Shown: positions 1 to 13,417 of the stretch, piece after piece
How the letters are laid out: every line of letters starts with the position of its first letter
How positions within the stretch are numbered: position 1 is the stretch's first letter
Assembly: GCA_951406725.2 (NCBI GenBank)
Contig: OX597830.1
Location: 9,610,001 to 9,674,000, forward strand
DNA: 64,000 nucleotides
Source of the DNA: Octopus vulgaris
Taxonomy: Eukaryota
Direction: 5' to 3'
Made by a program: the position numbers and the translations under genes
Notes under the pieces: generated by a model
Told to the model about the DNA's origin: nothing
What the model saw: only the letters and a program-made list of their open reading frames with translations
Database searches by the model: none

Positions 1-33
1 ATGTATATACATACATATATGTATATATGCATG

Positions 34-132
<99 letters not shown>

Positions 133-249
133 GTATGTATGTCTATATATGTATCATACCACTCCCAAGAATGTGTTCCTGGGTATTTTTCACTTGTCCT
201 CATAACCACTCCGATGTAGAATTGATGTCGGGTATTGATCCGCGTATTT

Positions 250-610
250 ATATGTTTTTCGAAATTAGCTTTCATTGCACTGAATATTTGCACAGACATA
301 ACTGCAATAAGATCGATGTAATCCGGAAAGTATGTAAGCATTTCCAACATTGCTACCTTAGATATATAACTATAGAGATAACCGACAGGCAGAAAAATAA
401 TAACAAAACGTATACAGAAATAATACGTGAATAATGAAACAAGGATAATTTGCATTATAGAGAAACACAAATACACAAATATAAGTTAGCTGCAATCAGT
501 CTGACATTGTCATCAAAGATTTTTAAAAGAAGAGAGATGACTTTCAGAATCATTGATACGTTATTCCCGGAGGACGTTGCATCGACGGAAGCTGAAAAAG
601 AGAATGCTAT
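250..610 (+). mobile_element. Highly decayed REL-type (R4/Dong-like) non-LTR retrotransposon fragment
   Basis: [16 protein letters not shown], then after frame breaks ..NQSDIVIKDF..IIDTLFPED..EAEKE. This parallels EYIHRHD..WKLCQHY..ANRPDIVVRD..LIDVSIPAD..KEMEK of the better copy at 63.3-64 kb. Confidence 0.55.
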
Positions 611-805
611 TTTTATATAAACAATATGAATAAAGAGACATCCTGAAGTATGGAGGGTAAAACGAGTAATAAAGAATGCATTACTGAAAACTAATAATAA
701 AGAGGATATTCGAAAGGGTTATAGAAATCGATATCAGAGAGGATGATGTTACAAATGAGATACACGTGAATCACGGCTACTGAGTCTTCAGCAAATCAAA
801 ACGAG

Positions 806-870
<65 letters not shown>

Positions 871-897
871 CACCACCACCACCACTACTACTACTAT

Positions 898-978
<81 letters not shown>

Positions 979-1039
979 TAATAGTAATAATAATAATAAT
1001 ATAATAATAATAACAACAACAACAACACCAACAATAATG

Positions 1040-1074
<35 letters not shown>

Positions 1075-1135
1075 TATAATAATAATAATAGTAATTATAA
1101 TAATAATAATAATAATAGTAATTATTATTATTAAA

Positions 1136-1472
1136 AGGGTAAAGACCCCCTTCGGTCATGAATGACCATGGGATTGCACCTAGAAAGTTACCCTCCTAGA
1201 CACAAGTCTGGGCAAGGTTGTTTATGGAAGGCCAGCAGTCGCCCATGCATACCAGCCTCCTCTCTCCACACCACCAGTGTTATCCAAGGGAAAGACAAAG
1301 GTCGATACAGCTTGGCACCAGTGACGTCGCAACTCATTTCTACAGCTGAGTGAACTGGAGCAACGTGAAATAAAGTGCCTTGCTCGGGAACACAACACGC
1401 AGCCCGGTCCGGGATTCGAGCTCACAGCCTCACGATCGTAAGCTCGACGCTCTAACCACTGAGCCATGCGCC
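1136..1472 (-). mobile_element. tRNA-derived SINE with CORE-like central domain
   Basis: Minus strand starts GGCGCATGGCTCAGTGGTTAGAGCG (A box) and has GAGCTCGAATCCC (B-box-like), then TTGTGTTCCCGAGCAAGGCACTT..CAGCTGTAGAAATG (CORE-like). Flanked by (TAA)n. Confidence 0.75.
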
Positions 1473-1507
<35 letters not shown>

Positions 1508-1552
1508 GTAGTAGTAGTAGTAGTAGTAGTATAACAACAATAACAATAATAA

Positions 1553-1715
1553 ACCTTTCTACTATAGGCACAAGCCCTGAAATTTTGGGGGAAGGGGCAG
1601 TCGATTACATCGACTCCAGTTTTTCACAGCTACGCATTTCATCGACCCTGAAAGGATGAAAGGCAAAGTCGACCTCGACGGAATTTGAACTAAGAATTCT
1701 GCCAGCTCACTGCCT
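1553..1715 (-). mobile_element. SINE with Meta-like domain, internally deleted copy
   Basis: Minus strand GGCAGTGAGCTGGCAGAA..GTTCAAATTCC..GACTTTGCCTTTCATCCTTTCAGGGTCGATGAAAT..; same family as 25365, 27317, 38030 and 38320. Confidence 0.7.
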
Positions 1716-1769
1716 TCATAATAATAATAATAAAAACAACAACAACACAACAACAACAACAACAACAAC

Positions 1770-1843
<74 letters not shown>

Positions 1844-1885
1844 CAACAACAACAGCAACATTTCTAATATAGCCACAAGACTAAG

Positions 1886-2079
1886 TTGATGAAAATAGTG
1901 ATGATGATGGTGATGACGAAGATGATGATGATGACGATTTTTTTAATTTACCTCCAGGGCGAAGGTGGAGGGGAGAGGTTAATGATGCTGTTGACGGTGA
2001 TGCGGATGTTGTTGCTTCTGCTGCTACTGCGACTGGTGATGGCGATGACTATGCTGTTGATGATGATTAAAATGATGAA

Positions 2080-2163
<84 letters not shown>

Positions 2164-2172
2164 GATGATGAA

Positions 2173-2214
<42 letters not shown>

Positions 2215-2427
2215 GATGATGAAGATGATGATGATGATGATGATGATGATGAAGATGATGAAGATGACGATGATGATGATGATGAAGATGACGATGATGA
2301 TGAAGATGATGATGATGAAGATGATGATGATGACGATGATGATGATGATGACGACGACGATGATGATGATGATGATGACGATGATGATGACGATGATGAT
2401 GATGATGACGACGACGACGACGACGAC

Positions 2428-2482
<55 letters not shown>

Positions 2483-2490
2483 TTGATGAT
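1886..2490. repeat. (GAT)n/(GAC)n trinucleotide microsatellite
   Basis: Direct reading; source of the poly-M/I/S ORFs. Confidence 0.95.
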
Positions 2491-2676
2491 AAAGAGATCA
2501 AAAACAATAACAATGGTAATATCATATTGTGAAATGGTGTTTCCTGACCCAGCTGGGCGGAAGAGAAAATATAGTAAGCTAGATTCTGTCAAAACAAGAC
2601 AGACTGGCGCCTCCAGCTACAAGACATTGTAGAATGGCCGGGTAGAACAAGAAGACATATATATACATACATATAA

Positions 2677-2784
<108 letters not shown>

Positions 2785-2785
2785 A

Positions 2786-2829
<44 letters not shown>

Positions 2830-3062
2830 CCCACATAAGTACATACATATATACATATAGGCAAATATACACCCGTATATATGTATGCATATATATGTGT
2901 GCGTGTGTGCATAGATATGCATATAACCAGACATGTATTTGCATATGTATTAGTGTGTTTATATGTATATATAGATATATGCATGTATTGGTTGATAGAT
3001 GGACAGACAGACATACATTATATACATATATATGCATACATACATACATACATACATACATG

Positions 3063-3100
<38 letters not shown>

Positions 3101-3153
3101 CACTTATATGCATAAACATAAATAAAGGTGCCCCCCTCTCTCGCTTTTTGAGA

Positions 3154-3209
<56 letters not shown>

Positions 3210-3295
3210 GAAGAGCAAGCACAAAAGAAACAACAGCCTGAGGCCGTGGTGCATGCAAAGTATTTGCAGACGCTGAAGGAAGGAAAGAAAGGTGG

Positions 3296-3328
3296 TTTTA
3301 CGTTTCGAGCAAAGCACTTTTTCAGAAA
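3296..3328 (-). ncRNA. Degenerate minimal hammerhead ribozyme (family A)
   Basis: Minus strand TTT-CTGAAAA-A-GTGC-TTT-GCTC-GAAAC-GTA-AAA; G8->A and one stem II mismatch. Confidence 0.55.
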
Positions 3329-3565
3329 CAGGAGAGAGGCGAAAGTGCAATAGAAAAAGGAAGACGGAAGAAAAAAATCACCAGCATGTGGTTATATTTT
3401 GAATAAGTCCTGGGGTCGATTTGTTCGACTAAAGGCGGCACCTCCAGCATGGCCGTAGTCAGATGACTGAACCATGTGAAAGAATAAAAGAACATGTGAC
3501 CTCGTGAGTACCGCTGCCGATTTTTTTCCTCTGTCTTCCCTTCTCTGGATCTTTCCTTCTCCTAT

Positions 3566-3600
3566 GTTTCCGACGAAGAGCTCCGCTCGAAACGTTAAAC
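3566..3600 (+). ncRNA. Minimal type-I hammerhead ribozyme (family A, U4C core)
   Basis: GTTT-CCGACGA-A-GAGC-TCC-GCTC-GAAAC-GTT-AAAC: stem I GTTT/AAAC, stem II GAGC/GCTC, palindromic ACGT helix III. Confidence 0.7.
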
Positions 3601-3709
3601 CCTCCTTCTTCCCTTCTTTCCTGAGCGTCCAATAATACTTTATTTGTTCCACGTCCTTGCGTTGTTGTTTTTTTGTTTTCTTGTTTGGATTAACTTTATA
3701 TATATATAC

Positions 3710-3759
<50 letters not shown>

Positions 3760-4225
3760 CAAATTTTCATTATAGATATATATATATATATATACGTATA
3801 TATATATATATCTTTGTGTGTATGATTATGTTTGGAAATTCTTAGAAGGAGAAAAAAAGCAGAAGTGAAGATAGAGGCATAAGTTAGCCAAAGCAAATAT
3901 AGACATAAATAAAGATAGCATAGGCTTATATGTAACGAAAGTCTAATGAAGGGGAGAGAGAGACTGAGTGTGGCCCAGTCAGGCCCAGCCAAGCCCACAC
4001 ACACGGTAAGAGACAGTGAAGTAGCAGGGGTCGGAAGAAGAAATGAGGGATAAAGGAAATGGTAGGAGAGATAAAAGGCATGTAGGAATGAAATGCTAAA
4101 TGGAGATGGAGATCAAAAATTCTCTGAGCGTATGAGGAGAGAGGCTGCACGGGATTGGAGAAGAGAATACAGAGCAAGGGGTAGGCATATACGAAACACC
4201 GAGGCATGGTGACATGCAAATATAT

Positions 4226-4326
<101 letters not shown>

Positions 4327-4335
4327 TATATACAT

Positions 4336-4372
<37 letters not shown>

Positions 4373-4819
4373 CATATATACATATACATACATATATACT
4401 TATATGTGTACATATGTATATATATACACTTATATACATATACACACATATATATATATATATGTATATATAAGCATACGTATGTATATATACACATATA
4501 TACATATATATGCATATATATAAACATATGTATGAATATATACACATATACACATACATACATATATATATGTTAGTGTTGTATATGATATATGTATGTA
4601 TACATGATATATGTATGCATTTAAATAGAGAGAAAATAGAAGAAATAAAGGTCTACAGGAATGTAATGCCAGGCATAGATTTTCCTTTGTTGTATAGTGT
4701 ATATAATTATAAACGTATATACAACGATGATTACTTACATACATACAACCAGATACATATACAAACATTTGACGAGAAGCCTTGTGAATAATTCAGTCTT
4801 GTTTCACTTTCCCTCCTCT

Positions 4820-4845
<26 letters not shown>

Positions 4846-4850
<5 letters not shown>

Positions 4851-5258
4851 ACTCTTTTACTCTTTTACTTGTTTCAGTCATTTGACTGCGGCCATGCTGG
4901 AGCACCGCCTTTAGTCGAACAACTCGACCCCGGGACTTATTCTTTTGTAAGCCCAGTACTTATTCTATCGGTCTCTTTTTGCCGAACCGCTAAGTAACGG
5001 GGACATAAACACACCAGCATCGGTTGTCAAGCAATGCTAGGGGGACAAACACAGACACACAAACACACACACGCATATATATATATATACATATATACGA
5101 CGGGCTTCTTTCAGTTTCCGTCTACCAAATCCACTCACAAGGCTTTGGTCGTCCCGAGGCTATAGTAGAAGACACTTGCCCAAGATGCCACGCAGTGGGA
5201 CTGAACCCAGAACCGTGTGGTTGGTAAACAAGCTACTTACCACACAGCCACTCCTGCC
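4846..5258 (-). mobile_element. Dominant octopus-type tRNA-derived SINE, full length
   Basis: GCAGGAGTGGCTGTGTGGTAAG..GGTTCAGTCCC head, internal (TA)n(GT)n, (AGTAAAAG)n tail; about ten near-identical copies in the window. Confidence 0.9.
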
Positions 5259-6346
5259 TGTGTGCCAATCTTGGTATAATCCAACCCCTTGGTGTTAATA
5301 TTGTTTCTTTCCCTATTAATCATTTTTTATAAGCCCACTGGCTGCTGGCGAGCCCGGTGCCTGATTAGACACTGTGATTCTATATGTCTTTGATGGGGTA
5401 ATCGGCTGCTGTTACTGCCCCGCTGAAAGTCTGTCACTGACAAGTTCACGGGAAGGTTGAAATCACGTGATCTGGCAGTTCCCGGATCTGTAGCGGAGGA
5501 TTATCACCCGTCAACGATATAAACGTGAGCGCTTTTATGCACCACGAATCTATATGAGAGGCCCTCTCTTGGTAAATAACACAGCATTCTGTGCTCAAAT
5601 TCAACCTCCATTTTAAGTGAGGGATAAATATTACTTTTGGTTTTAAAACTGCTTCTGTCGCTACTAATTATATCTGTATGTAGCTATCTATATATTTATA
5701 TATAATGTAATTTTGGAGAAAATGAGGGGGTACCCAAAAGTAACCGGAAAGGTTCTCCTTGCAGTTCGGGCTTCTATCGCAAGAAACCACTTGATGCAAC
5801 CCTGAGGCAACGGTATGTATGTATGTATGTATGTATGTATGTATGTATGTATGTATGTATGTATGTATGTATGTAGCTATGTGTGTGTACATATATGTAC
5901 ATACGCGCACACACACATTCACGCACACATATATCATGTAGACTTCTCTTGTATCTAAATGTCTTATTTAAAAACAGCATCAAAAACACCATTCATTCAT
6001 TCATTCAAATAAATTACTTTAACCTTTACTCTTTAAACTACGTCTATCCTTATCACACTCTTCGTTCATCATCGTTATTCTTTATCCTCACCATTTTACC
6101 GCATTACCATCTTCCTGTTAACCACATTAAGCACATCGCATCATGCGCTTCCTTCTTCATGTCGAGCGGTAATTTATATAAATTATTATTCCCACCACAC
6201 AACGTTTCCCTAATAACTACAATATTTCGCTATTCCGTATAAACATTTATGAAGCTTTACATTATGCAGCTGGCTGGAGTGGCAGAAAGCGGGAGATCCG
6301 GCGCCAGTTGAGAGATCCAGCCTTTGGATATGGTTACAAAGGAATT

Positions 6347-6870
6347 TAGTTAGTTAGTTAGTTAATTTTTTGGCTCAAAAAGCAAAAAGCAAGGCCATGT
6401 AGGGGGACATGGAGTTATGTACAGGGAGGGTGTTCATGTAAAGAGTTCAGGCCACTTGTGGTCAAGAGAGACTTTGAACCGAGCGGTCGTCGACATCTTC
6501 ACCATCTCGTGCGGCAGCTTATTCCACGGATCCGCAACCCGGACGGAGAAAGCTCCGCTCCTTCGATTGAGATGAAATCGTTGCAGATAGAGCTTTTCGG
6601 AGTGACCCCGCAGCCGACGCTCTGGAGCAGGAGTGAAGAACAGCTCTTTCGAAAGGTTACCCTTTCCGCTTATGATGTGAGCAACAATGAGATCACCACG
6701 GCATCGTCGTTTTTCTTGAGAATACAGGTCGAGTGTCTTCAGCCTTTCTTCATAAGACAAATTCTTGAGACCAAGAACCATGCGGGTAGCCAGCTTCTGG
6801 ACTCTTTCGAGATGCTGTATGTCTTTGAGGAGATAAGAAGAGGCTTGAATCCCGTACTCTAATGTTTTGG
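6347..6870 (-). mobile_element. CR1-clade LINE, 5'-truncated ORF2 C-terminus plus 3' UTR
   Basis: KDIQHLERVQKLATRMV.GLKNLSYEERL..LDLYS.EKRR.RGDLI..RGH..KL..FSVRVADPWNKLP is typical of the CR1 ORF2 tail; (TAAC)n tail at 6347-6364. Confidence 0.9.
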
Positions 6871-7754
6871 AGGCGTTGCAATGCGTTGCATTCTTTCCAG
6901 GGACCAAAGAACAACTTTTTATCTGAATTAAGAAACCCAGAAGTTCTTAATGATGAATAAAATTGTAATTTCCACAAGTCCCAAGAATATTTTCATATTA
7001 AGTGAAGTAGCATTATTTTAAAGTTAAAAACCAAACCCCTGGGATAATCAGTCCCAAACTTAAATACATTAATTCCATCTTAATATCCAAAGTAAACCTA
7101 GTGATGCTGTTTAATATGTAATTCGAAGCAAAAGTGGACACAAAGAAAAAGCAATTAATTTTGGTGAAATCTGTTGTCGTAGATACAAACACAGTTTTTA
7201 CATTTCTTCACTGAATTCATGTTTATTTATACTGGCGCCAAACCTCTCAGGAATTAAGGAGTAAATAAATGAGATTCTGTAATAAGCATTTTAAGGCATT
7301 ACCATATTTAGTGATGTGAAACTGTTCGAGCCAGGAAATAAAATTAGTTGGTAGAATCGTCTGACAGTTTAACCTCTTTTTACATTACGACACTCAACAG
7401 ACCAAAGTAAATCTGAAATAATTTAACAGGAAGGAACTTTCGATCTTGAGTAACTTGTTAACAAATTTTCACGTAGAATTTAAAACGAAGATATTTAATT
7501 ACTTCTCACAGCGACACATTGCAGAATTTCTTAAAGTGGATAAATGAAAATAATGTGAAAACAAGGGGAAACAAAAGGAAAGGAGCAACATTAGTAAGTT
7601 AAAGTGTTTTAAAAATATGATTGCATATAAATCAGTGGTTCCCAGAGTAGGTGGTACTGCCCCCTTGCAACGTGTGGGTGGGGTATAAAGACCAAGGGGA
7701 AGAAGCGTTGAAGAAAATTAGGGTTAAAAAAACCTAAGTAATGGGTTACTCGTT

Positions 7755-8155
7755 TTATTTTACTCTTTTACTTGTTTCAGTCATTTGACTGAGGCCATGC
7801 TGGAGCACCGCCTTTAGTCGAGCAAATCGACCCCGGGACTTATTCTTTCTAAGCCCAGTACTTATTCTATCGGTCTCTTTTGCCGAACCGCTAAGTAACG
7901 GGGACGTAAACACACCAGCATCGGTTGTCAAGCAATGCCAGAGGGACAAACACAGACATACAAACACACACACGCATATATACACATATATACGACAGGC
8001 TCCTTTCAGTTTCCGTCTACTAAATCAACTCACAAGGCATTGGTCGGCCCAGGGCTATAGCAGAAGACACTTGCCCAAGATGCCACGCTGTGGGACTGAA
8101 CCCGGAACCATGTGGTTGGTTAGCAAGCTACTTACCACACAGCCATTCCTGCGCC
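7755..8155 (-). mobile_element. Dominant SINE, full length
   Basis: Near-identical to 4846-5258. Confidence 0.9.
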
Positions 8156-8251
8156 TATAAGTTAAACATTATTTGTGAAATAGCTTCTTTGAATTTGAAG
8201 CAGAAAGTGGTTGGTGTCCATGGTGGTGAATAGGGAAGGAGTCACTGTGTA

Positions 8252-9370
8252 AATTTACACAGTGACTCTTACTTCCCATATCATAAACCGTTGACCAATC
8301 TTAAGTACATTAGCAAATTTAGTAATCATCCTGGAGCAATTACTAAGAATTTAGTTAAGAATATTTCATTTAAATAATCTAAATTATCTGCTAATGTTGA
8401 TATTTTCAATAATAACGCTGAATTCTATAACTCTGCCTTAATCAAAGCAGGTTATACAGAAAAAATTTTCTACATTGATTCTGCTCAGTCTAATTGTAAA
8501 TTCAATAATGTAGATAAGATTTCTAGTCGTAAAAGAATTATTGATAACAAACATAACTTACGCACCGATACAAAGCGAATGAAGGCAGATAACCCTTATT
8601 TAATCCCCTATTATCGATCTAAAAGTAAATATAACACCTTCAAAAGTAATTACGCTATGAATACTAGTAAAAATATTTGGTTAATAATTCCTTACGGGAG
8701 ACAAATTAAATCTAATCTCCCACTGCTGTTTCGTCAAGCTATTGCTAGGAATTTTCCAAACAATTCTAGATATTAAACTATAATTAATTCACATAAGGTT
8801 AGGATAGGTTTTTCAAACACAAAAAATCTCTTGCAAAGTATATCCTCTCATAATAACAAACTGTTAAATATTAATACATTTACTAATACTAACATTAATT
8901 TAGCTAATACCATCCAACCCTCTAGAAATATTAATAACAAGGTTATTGTATCTGAAGTCAATTCCAATAGAATTAAATTTATGTCAAGTAACTCTAAGAT
9001 TAAAAATTCTATATACCAGTGTATAATCAGTACTCGTAATAAAGTACGATTTTACATTGGAAGCACATCGTTAGAGTTATCTAAAAGAATTTCTATCCAT
9101 TACTCAACATTTAGGGATAGAAATAAACGGAATAGTACCGGTCTCAGCAAACTGATTTGGGATTTAAAAGACCACAATGAACAATTTCATTTAGAATGGT
9201 TGATCCTCTCAATTTCGATACCATATGACAAAGGCAAGAAATTCTGTCTTCTCTGCAATTCTGAGCTATTTTTCATTATTTTTTCTAAAAATACTCTAGT
9301 AAACACGGTTATAGAACGAGCATACAGATGTAAGCATTGGCAGAAACATACATTTAGTGCATATAAGTAG
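8252..9370 (+). pseudogene. Penelope-like element ORF (RT thumb, linker, GIY-YIG endonuclease), 5'-truncated, two in-frame stops
   Basis: One frame: NLHSDSYFPYHKP..YISKFSNHP..IWLIIPY..NFP..SSHNNKLL..SIYQC..FYIGST..KR..HYSTF..STGLSKLIWDLK..CLLCNSE..CKH. TAA stops at 8375 and 8774. Linker resembles Neptune/Nematis-type PLEs. Confidence 0.88.
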
Positions 9371-9577
9371 TCTCTATCACTATATATAATTTAAACTTTA
9401 ATTTCCTTTATATTTAACATTCACTATTAATATCCCTACTCTTTCTGTTAGCTACTTATGACGTTATATCATATAACGTTTTTTTAAACAATATTAATAG
9501 CGTTCTATCTATCGCTATACAAATCCATCATTTTTTGCTAAAATGTCGTATTGACGAGTTTCGTTTTTTTCACTTTC

Positions 9578-9644
9578 CCGAAGAGAAGATTGCATTGTTT
9601 ATACCCTTTATTCTTTTGAATAGTATCAGTGGAATTTTCGAAAC
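9578..9644 (+). ncRNA. Hammerhead-like motif in the Penelope 3' pseudo-LTR
   Basis: CCGAAGA, extended stem II (GAAGATTGCATTG..CAGTGGAATTTTC, 12 of 13 pairs), GAAAC. Stems I and III are unclear. Confidence 0.55.
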
Positions 9645-9859
9645 ATTCAACGTAAACACGAAGTTTCAACCTTTATAAACAAGGAGTTACATCTTTACTT
9701 GTGAGATTTTTGCTGCCCTGGTAACTATTTATTTATTTTTCCGTGTTAATTGTTAACAAGGTAAAAATACACTCATCTATTTATATATATATATAATGTA
9801 TATATATGTGTGTGTGTGTGTATAGATATATATATGTGTGTATATATATATATAAATAT

Positions 9860-10023
9860 ATACGACGGGCTTTTTTCAGTTTCCGTCTGCCAAATCCACT
9901 CACAAGGCTTTGGTCGGCCCGAGGCTATTGTAGAAAACACTTGCTCAAGGTGATATGCAGTGGAACTGAACCCGCAACCATGTCGTAGGTTAGCAAGCTA
10001 CTTACTACACAGCCACTCCTGCA

Positions 10024-10025
<2 letters not shown>
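9860..10025 (-). mobile_element. Dominant SINE, 5' half
   Basis: Homologous to the head of 4846-5258. Confidence 0.8.
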
Positions 10026-10072
<47 letters not shown>

Positions 10073-10145
10073 TCTTATTTGGAAATTGTATTGATAATAC
10101 CGTACTAAATTCTGGTGCCTCAACTTAAGCATCACATTCATTCGA

Positions 10146-10296
<151 letters not shown>

Positions 10297-10489
10297 TTTT
10301 TTTCCAAATACGCCAGCTAAGCTAAGTTGAACTGTCTAAAGTCGTAAGACACCCGCTGTTTTTGTCCTGTTATTACTATTATTGAAACCTTTTCAACTGT
10401 AACTATTAAAATATTAAATGTAGAAAATATATATATATATATAAATATATATAAGTAGTTGAATGAATTATCTTATTATGGATAATTCG

Positions 10490-10655
10490 GTTAATGCTCG
10501 TAGCTTAGTTTTTCCCTGGGGCTGGCTGGATAGGAGCGATCTCAAGATTAATCAGCCGAAATTGCGAGGATGATCCGGTTCTTGACTGAAGATTAGAGGC
10601 TTCGAATGACCCATCCGTTTTTTGTGTCGTCTCTTTGAGTGTTTTGCGTTTTTAT
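10490..10655 (+). repeat. Unclassified dispersed repeat (also 24420-24670 minus and 28730-28995 plus)
   Basis: Shared GCTTAGTTTTTCC.TGGGGCTGGC..ATTAATCAGCCGAAATTGC..GATGATCCGGTT..GACTGAAGATTA.AGGCTTCGAATGACC. Confidence 0.75.
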
Positions 10656-10680
10656 ATATTGCGTTTTGTATTTTTATATA

Positions 10681-10784
<104 letters not shown>

Positions 10785-11615
10785 TAGATATATATGCGTG
10801 TATGTATGTAGACACATACACACACACATATCCATACATATATGCGATTGTATGTGCATCGTAATGTGTTTGTAATGTGTGTATGATAGTATGCGTACAC
10901 ACAAACATACGCACAGACACACACACACGCACGCACACGCACATGTGTGTGTGTGTAAAGTATATATGGAGACGTACCATGAATCAATTGTTTTCCCTTA
11001 CTACAAAATTCTTTGTAACTGAGCGTTATTTACATATTTATCACACTCAGAGAGCATCTTGACATCAATGACATCTGCACCAACTAACCCTTGACATCTG
11101 ACCTCTATATCTCAACCCCCCTTCTTCCCCACCACCTCCGTCTCTTCCTACATTCTATATAATACATCATTTGTTCACGTAACCTCACAGCCCGTCGCTG
11201 CTCCTCTTGTTTGTCTGTCTGTGAAGTCAAGGGGGTGCGGGGTTCTAGAGATGTTGTGTTATTTTGTTTTTGTTAGGGACTTCTAAGTTCCGCTAATATA
11301 ATCAGCTGTGAGAAGGAACTTTAGGGATCAGATAAGGGGTTAAGGCAACTAAGCTTATATAGAGACTTACGACTGACGATGTATCAACTACTTCCCCTAA
11401 GCTCCACCGCATCGGGGTTTGTCCTGCGAGAGATATTTGTCTTTTTTTTTTACACTGTTTGCCAGGCAGTCAGCTGAAACAATAGGGGGCCAGGATATGA
11501 GAAGGGACGGACGTTCGTGCATCGCCACCAACGTAGCGTGGCGTAGGGCACTGTGCGCGCGCGCGCGCGTGTGTGTATGTGTGTATGTATGGATATATAT
11601 GTACGTCTATGTGTA

Positions 11616-11646
<31 letters not shown>

Positions 11647-11694
11647 TCTTTTTGTCTCTTATTCTTTTACGAGCTTCAGTCATATGACTGCGGC

Positions 11695-11745
<51 letters not shown>

Positions 11746-12089
11746 TACACACACACATACACACACACACTCACATACACACATACACACACATTTACAC
11801 ACACACATATACATACATACAAACATACATACGCTCACACAGTGTTGACAATCGGTAAAGAAAGGTACTCAGAACCATTGTAGATGTTTTATTTTGGTCG
11901 AGTCACTCTCTTGTTCCCCCGAGTTTCACATGTTTTATATGCATATACATGTGAGCCGGTATCTCTCTCACACTCTCCCACTTTCACTCCCTTTCTCTCA
12001 CTCTTTCTCCGTTCTCTCTCTCTCCTTCCCCCTCTCAATCAATTTCCTTCTCTGTCTCTGTATGTCTGCCTTCCCCCCTCTCCCTCTCT

Positions 12090-12173
<84 letters not shown>

Positions 12174-12178
<5 letters not shown>

Positions 12179-13417
12179 GTTCATCCCATAAATAATGCAT
12201 TTTTTTTAATTGCATGAACTAAAAGTCGGAGGGGGACGAGATAAACTACCTGCATCAGCTTACTATAAAAGCAGGTAATAATTTCATCTTGTACTTATTC
12301 TTAGTGTAAGTTTTGAAGAGTGCAGTTCGATTTTAAAAGCCATGTTTTCAAAGTTATAATGGAAGGGACAAAAAAGCATATTCGACATATTTTGCTTTTT
12401 GAGTTCATTAACGGCAACAACACAACGGGAAGTGCAAGGAATATTAATGTAGTAAGCGTAAGCCAGTGTCAACGGTAGTTCCAGAAATTCCGAGCCGGAA
12501 ACTAGAGCCTAGAAGACGGACTTCGTCCACGAATATCTCTACAGCTCGACGAGGACATCCTGATAACCCTGGTGGAACAAAATCCCATCGGAACTAGCAG
12601 AGAAGCTTGGATTTGGTCATTCAACCATTCATCGACATCTGCGTGTCATTGGAATAGTCAGCAAATTGGGTCAATGTGGTCCTCACAAGCTTTCCGAGTC
12701 TAATCGCGCAAAGAGAGTGAATCTTCTTTGCTGTCATGTCTCACGAATAAACCTTTTTTGGACCGAATAGTGACTGGTGACGAGAAATGTGTTCTCTATA
12801 AAAATGCCAAGGGTCAAAGACAGTGGGTAGGGAAAGGAGAAACACTGACACCGTCAGCTGAAGAATATCTTCACCCAGGGGAGGTGTTGTTATTTGCTTA
12901 GCGGGAAATGAAAGGATTAGTCCACTTTGAACTTTTAAACCCAAAACAAACGATAATAAAGGAGATTTACTGCGAGCAGCTTAAGCGCCTTAAGTCAGCG
13001 TACGAAGGAAAACGACCGTCTTTGGTTTCAAAACCGATGGTGTTCTTCCATCAGGATAATGCTCGGCCACATACAACGAGGATGACATTCCAAAGGCTGG
13101 AGCAGTTTGAATGGGTAACGATTCTCCACCCACCATATTCGCCGAACATTGCCCCATCTGATTATCATTTATTTCGTAGTCTTCAAATTCAATTAGACTG
13201 AAAAATTATGAATTCTGTAGGCGAGGTCAGAACAGTTCCGGAGGAGTATTTTTCATCACGGACAAGTGAATTTTGGAAGAGGGGCCTTACAAGCCTACCG
13301 GAAGAGCATTGTAGAAAATCAAGGAGAGTATATTTTAGAGTAAAAAAGAACTTTATCATAATTTTGAAAAATAAAAGAAGTATAAAAAAAACTGCATTAT
13401 TTATAGGATAACCCGAT
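12174..13417 (+). mobile_element. Decayed full-length mariner (DD34D) transposon
   Basis: Motifs FLDRIVTGDEK, HQDNARPH and HPPYSPNIAPSDYHLF across frameshifts. Imperfect TIRs ATCCCATAAATAATGCA (~12184) and TGCATTATTTATAGGAT (~13393). Confidence 0.9.

Noticed and set aside
1400-1472. tRNA gene calls at SINE heads (also ~23745-23815)
   Set aside because: They are fused to SINE bodies with imperfect acceptor stems, so they are not standalone tRNAs.
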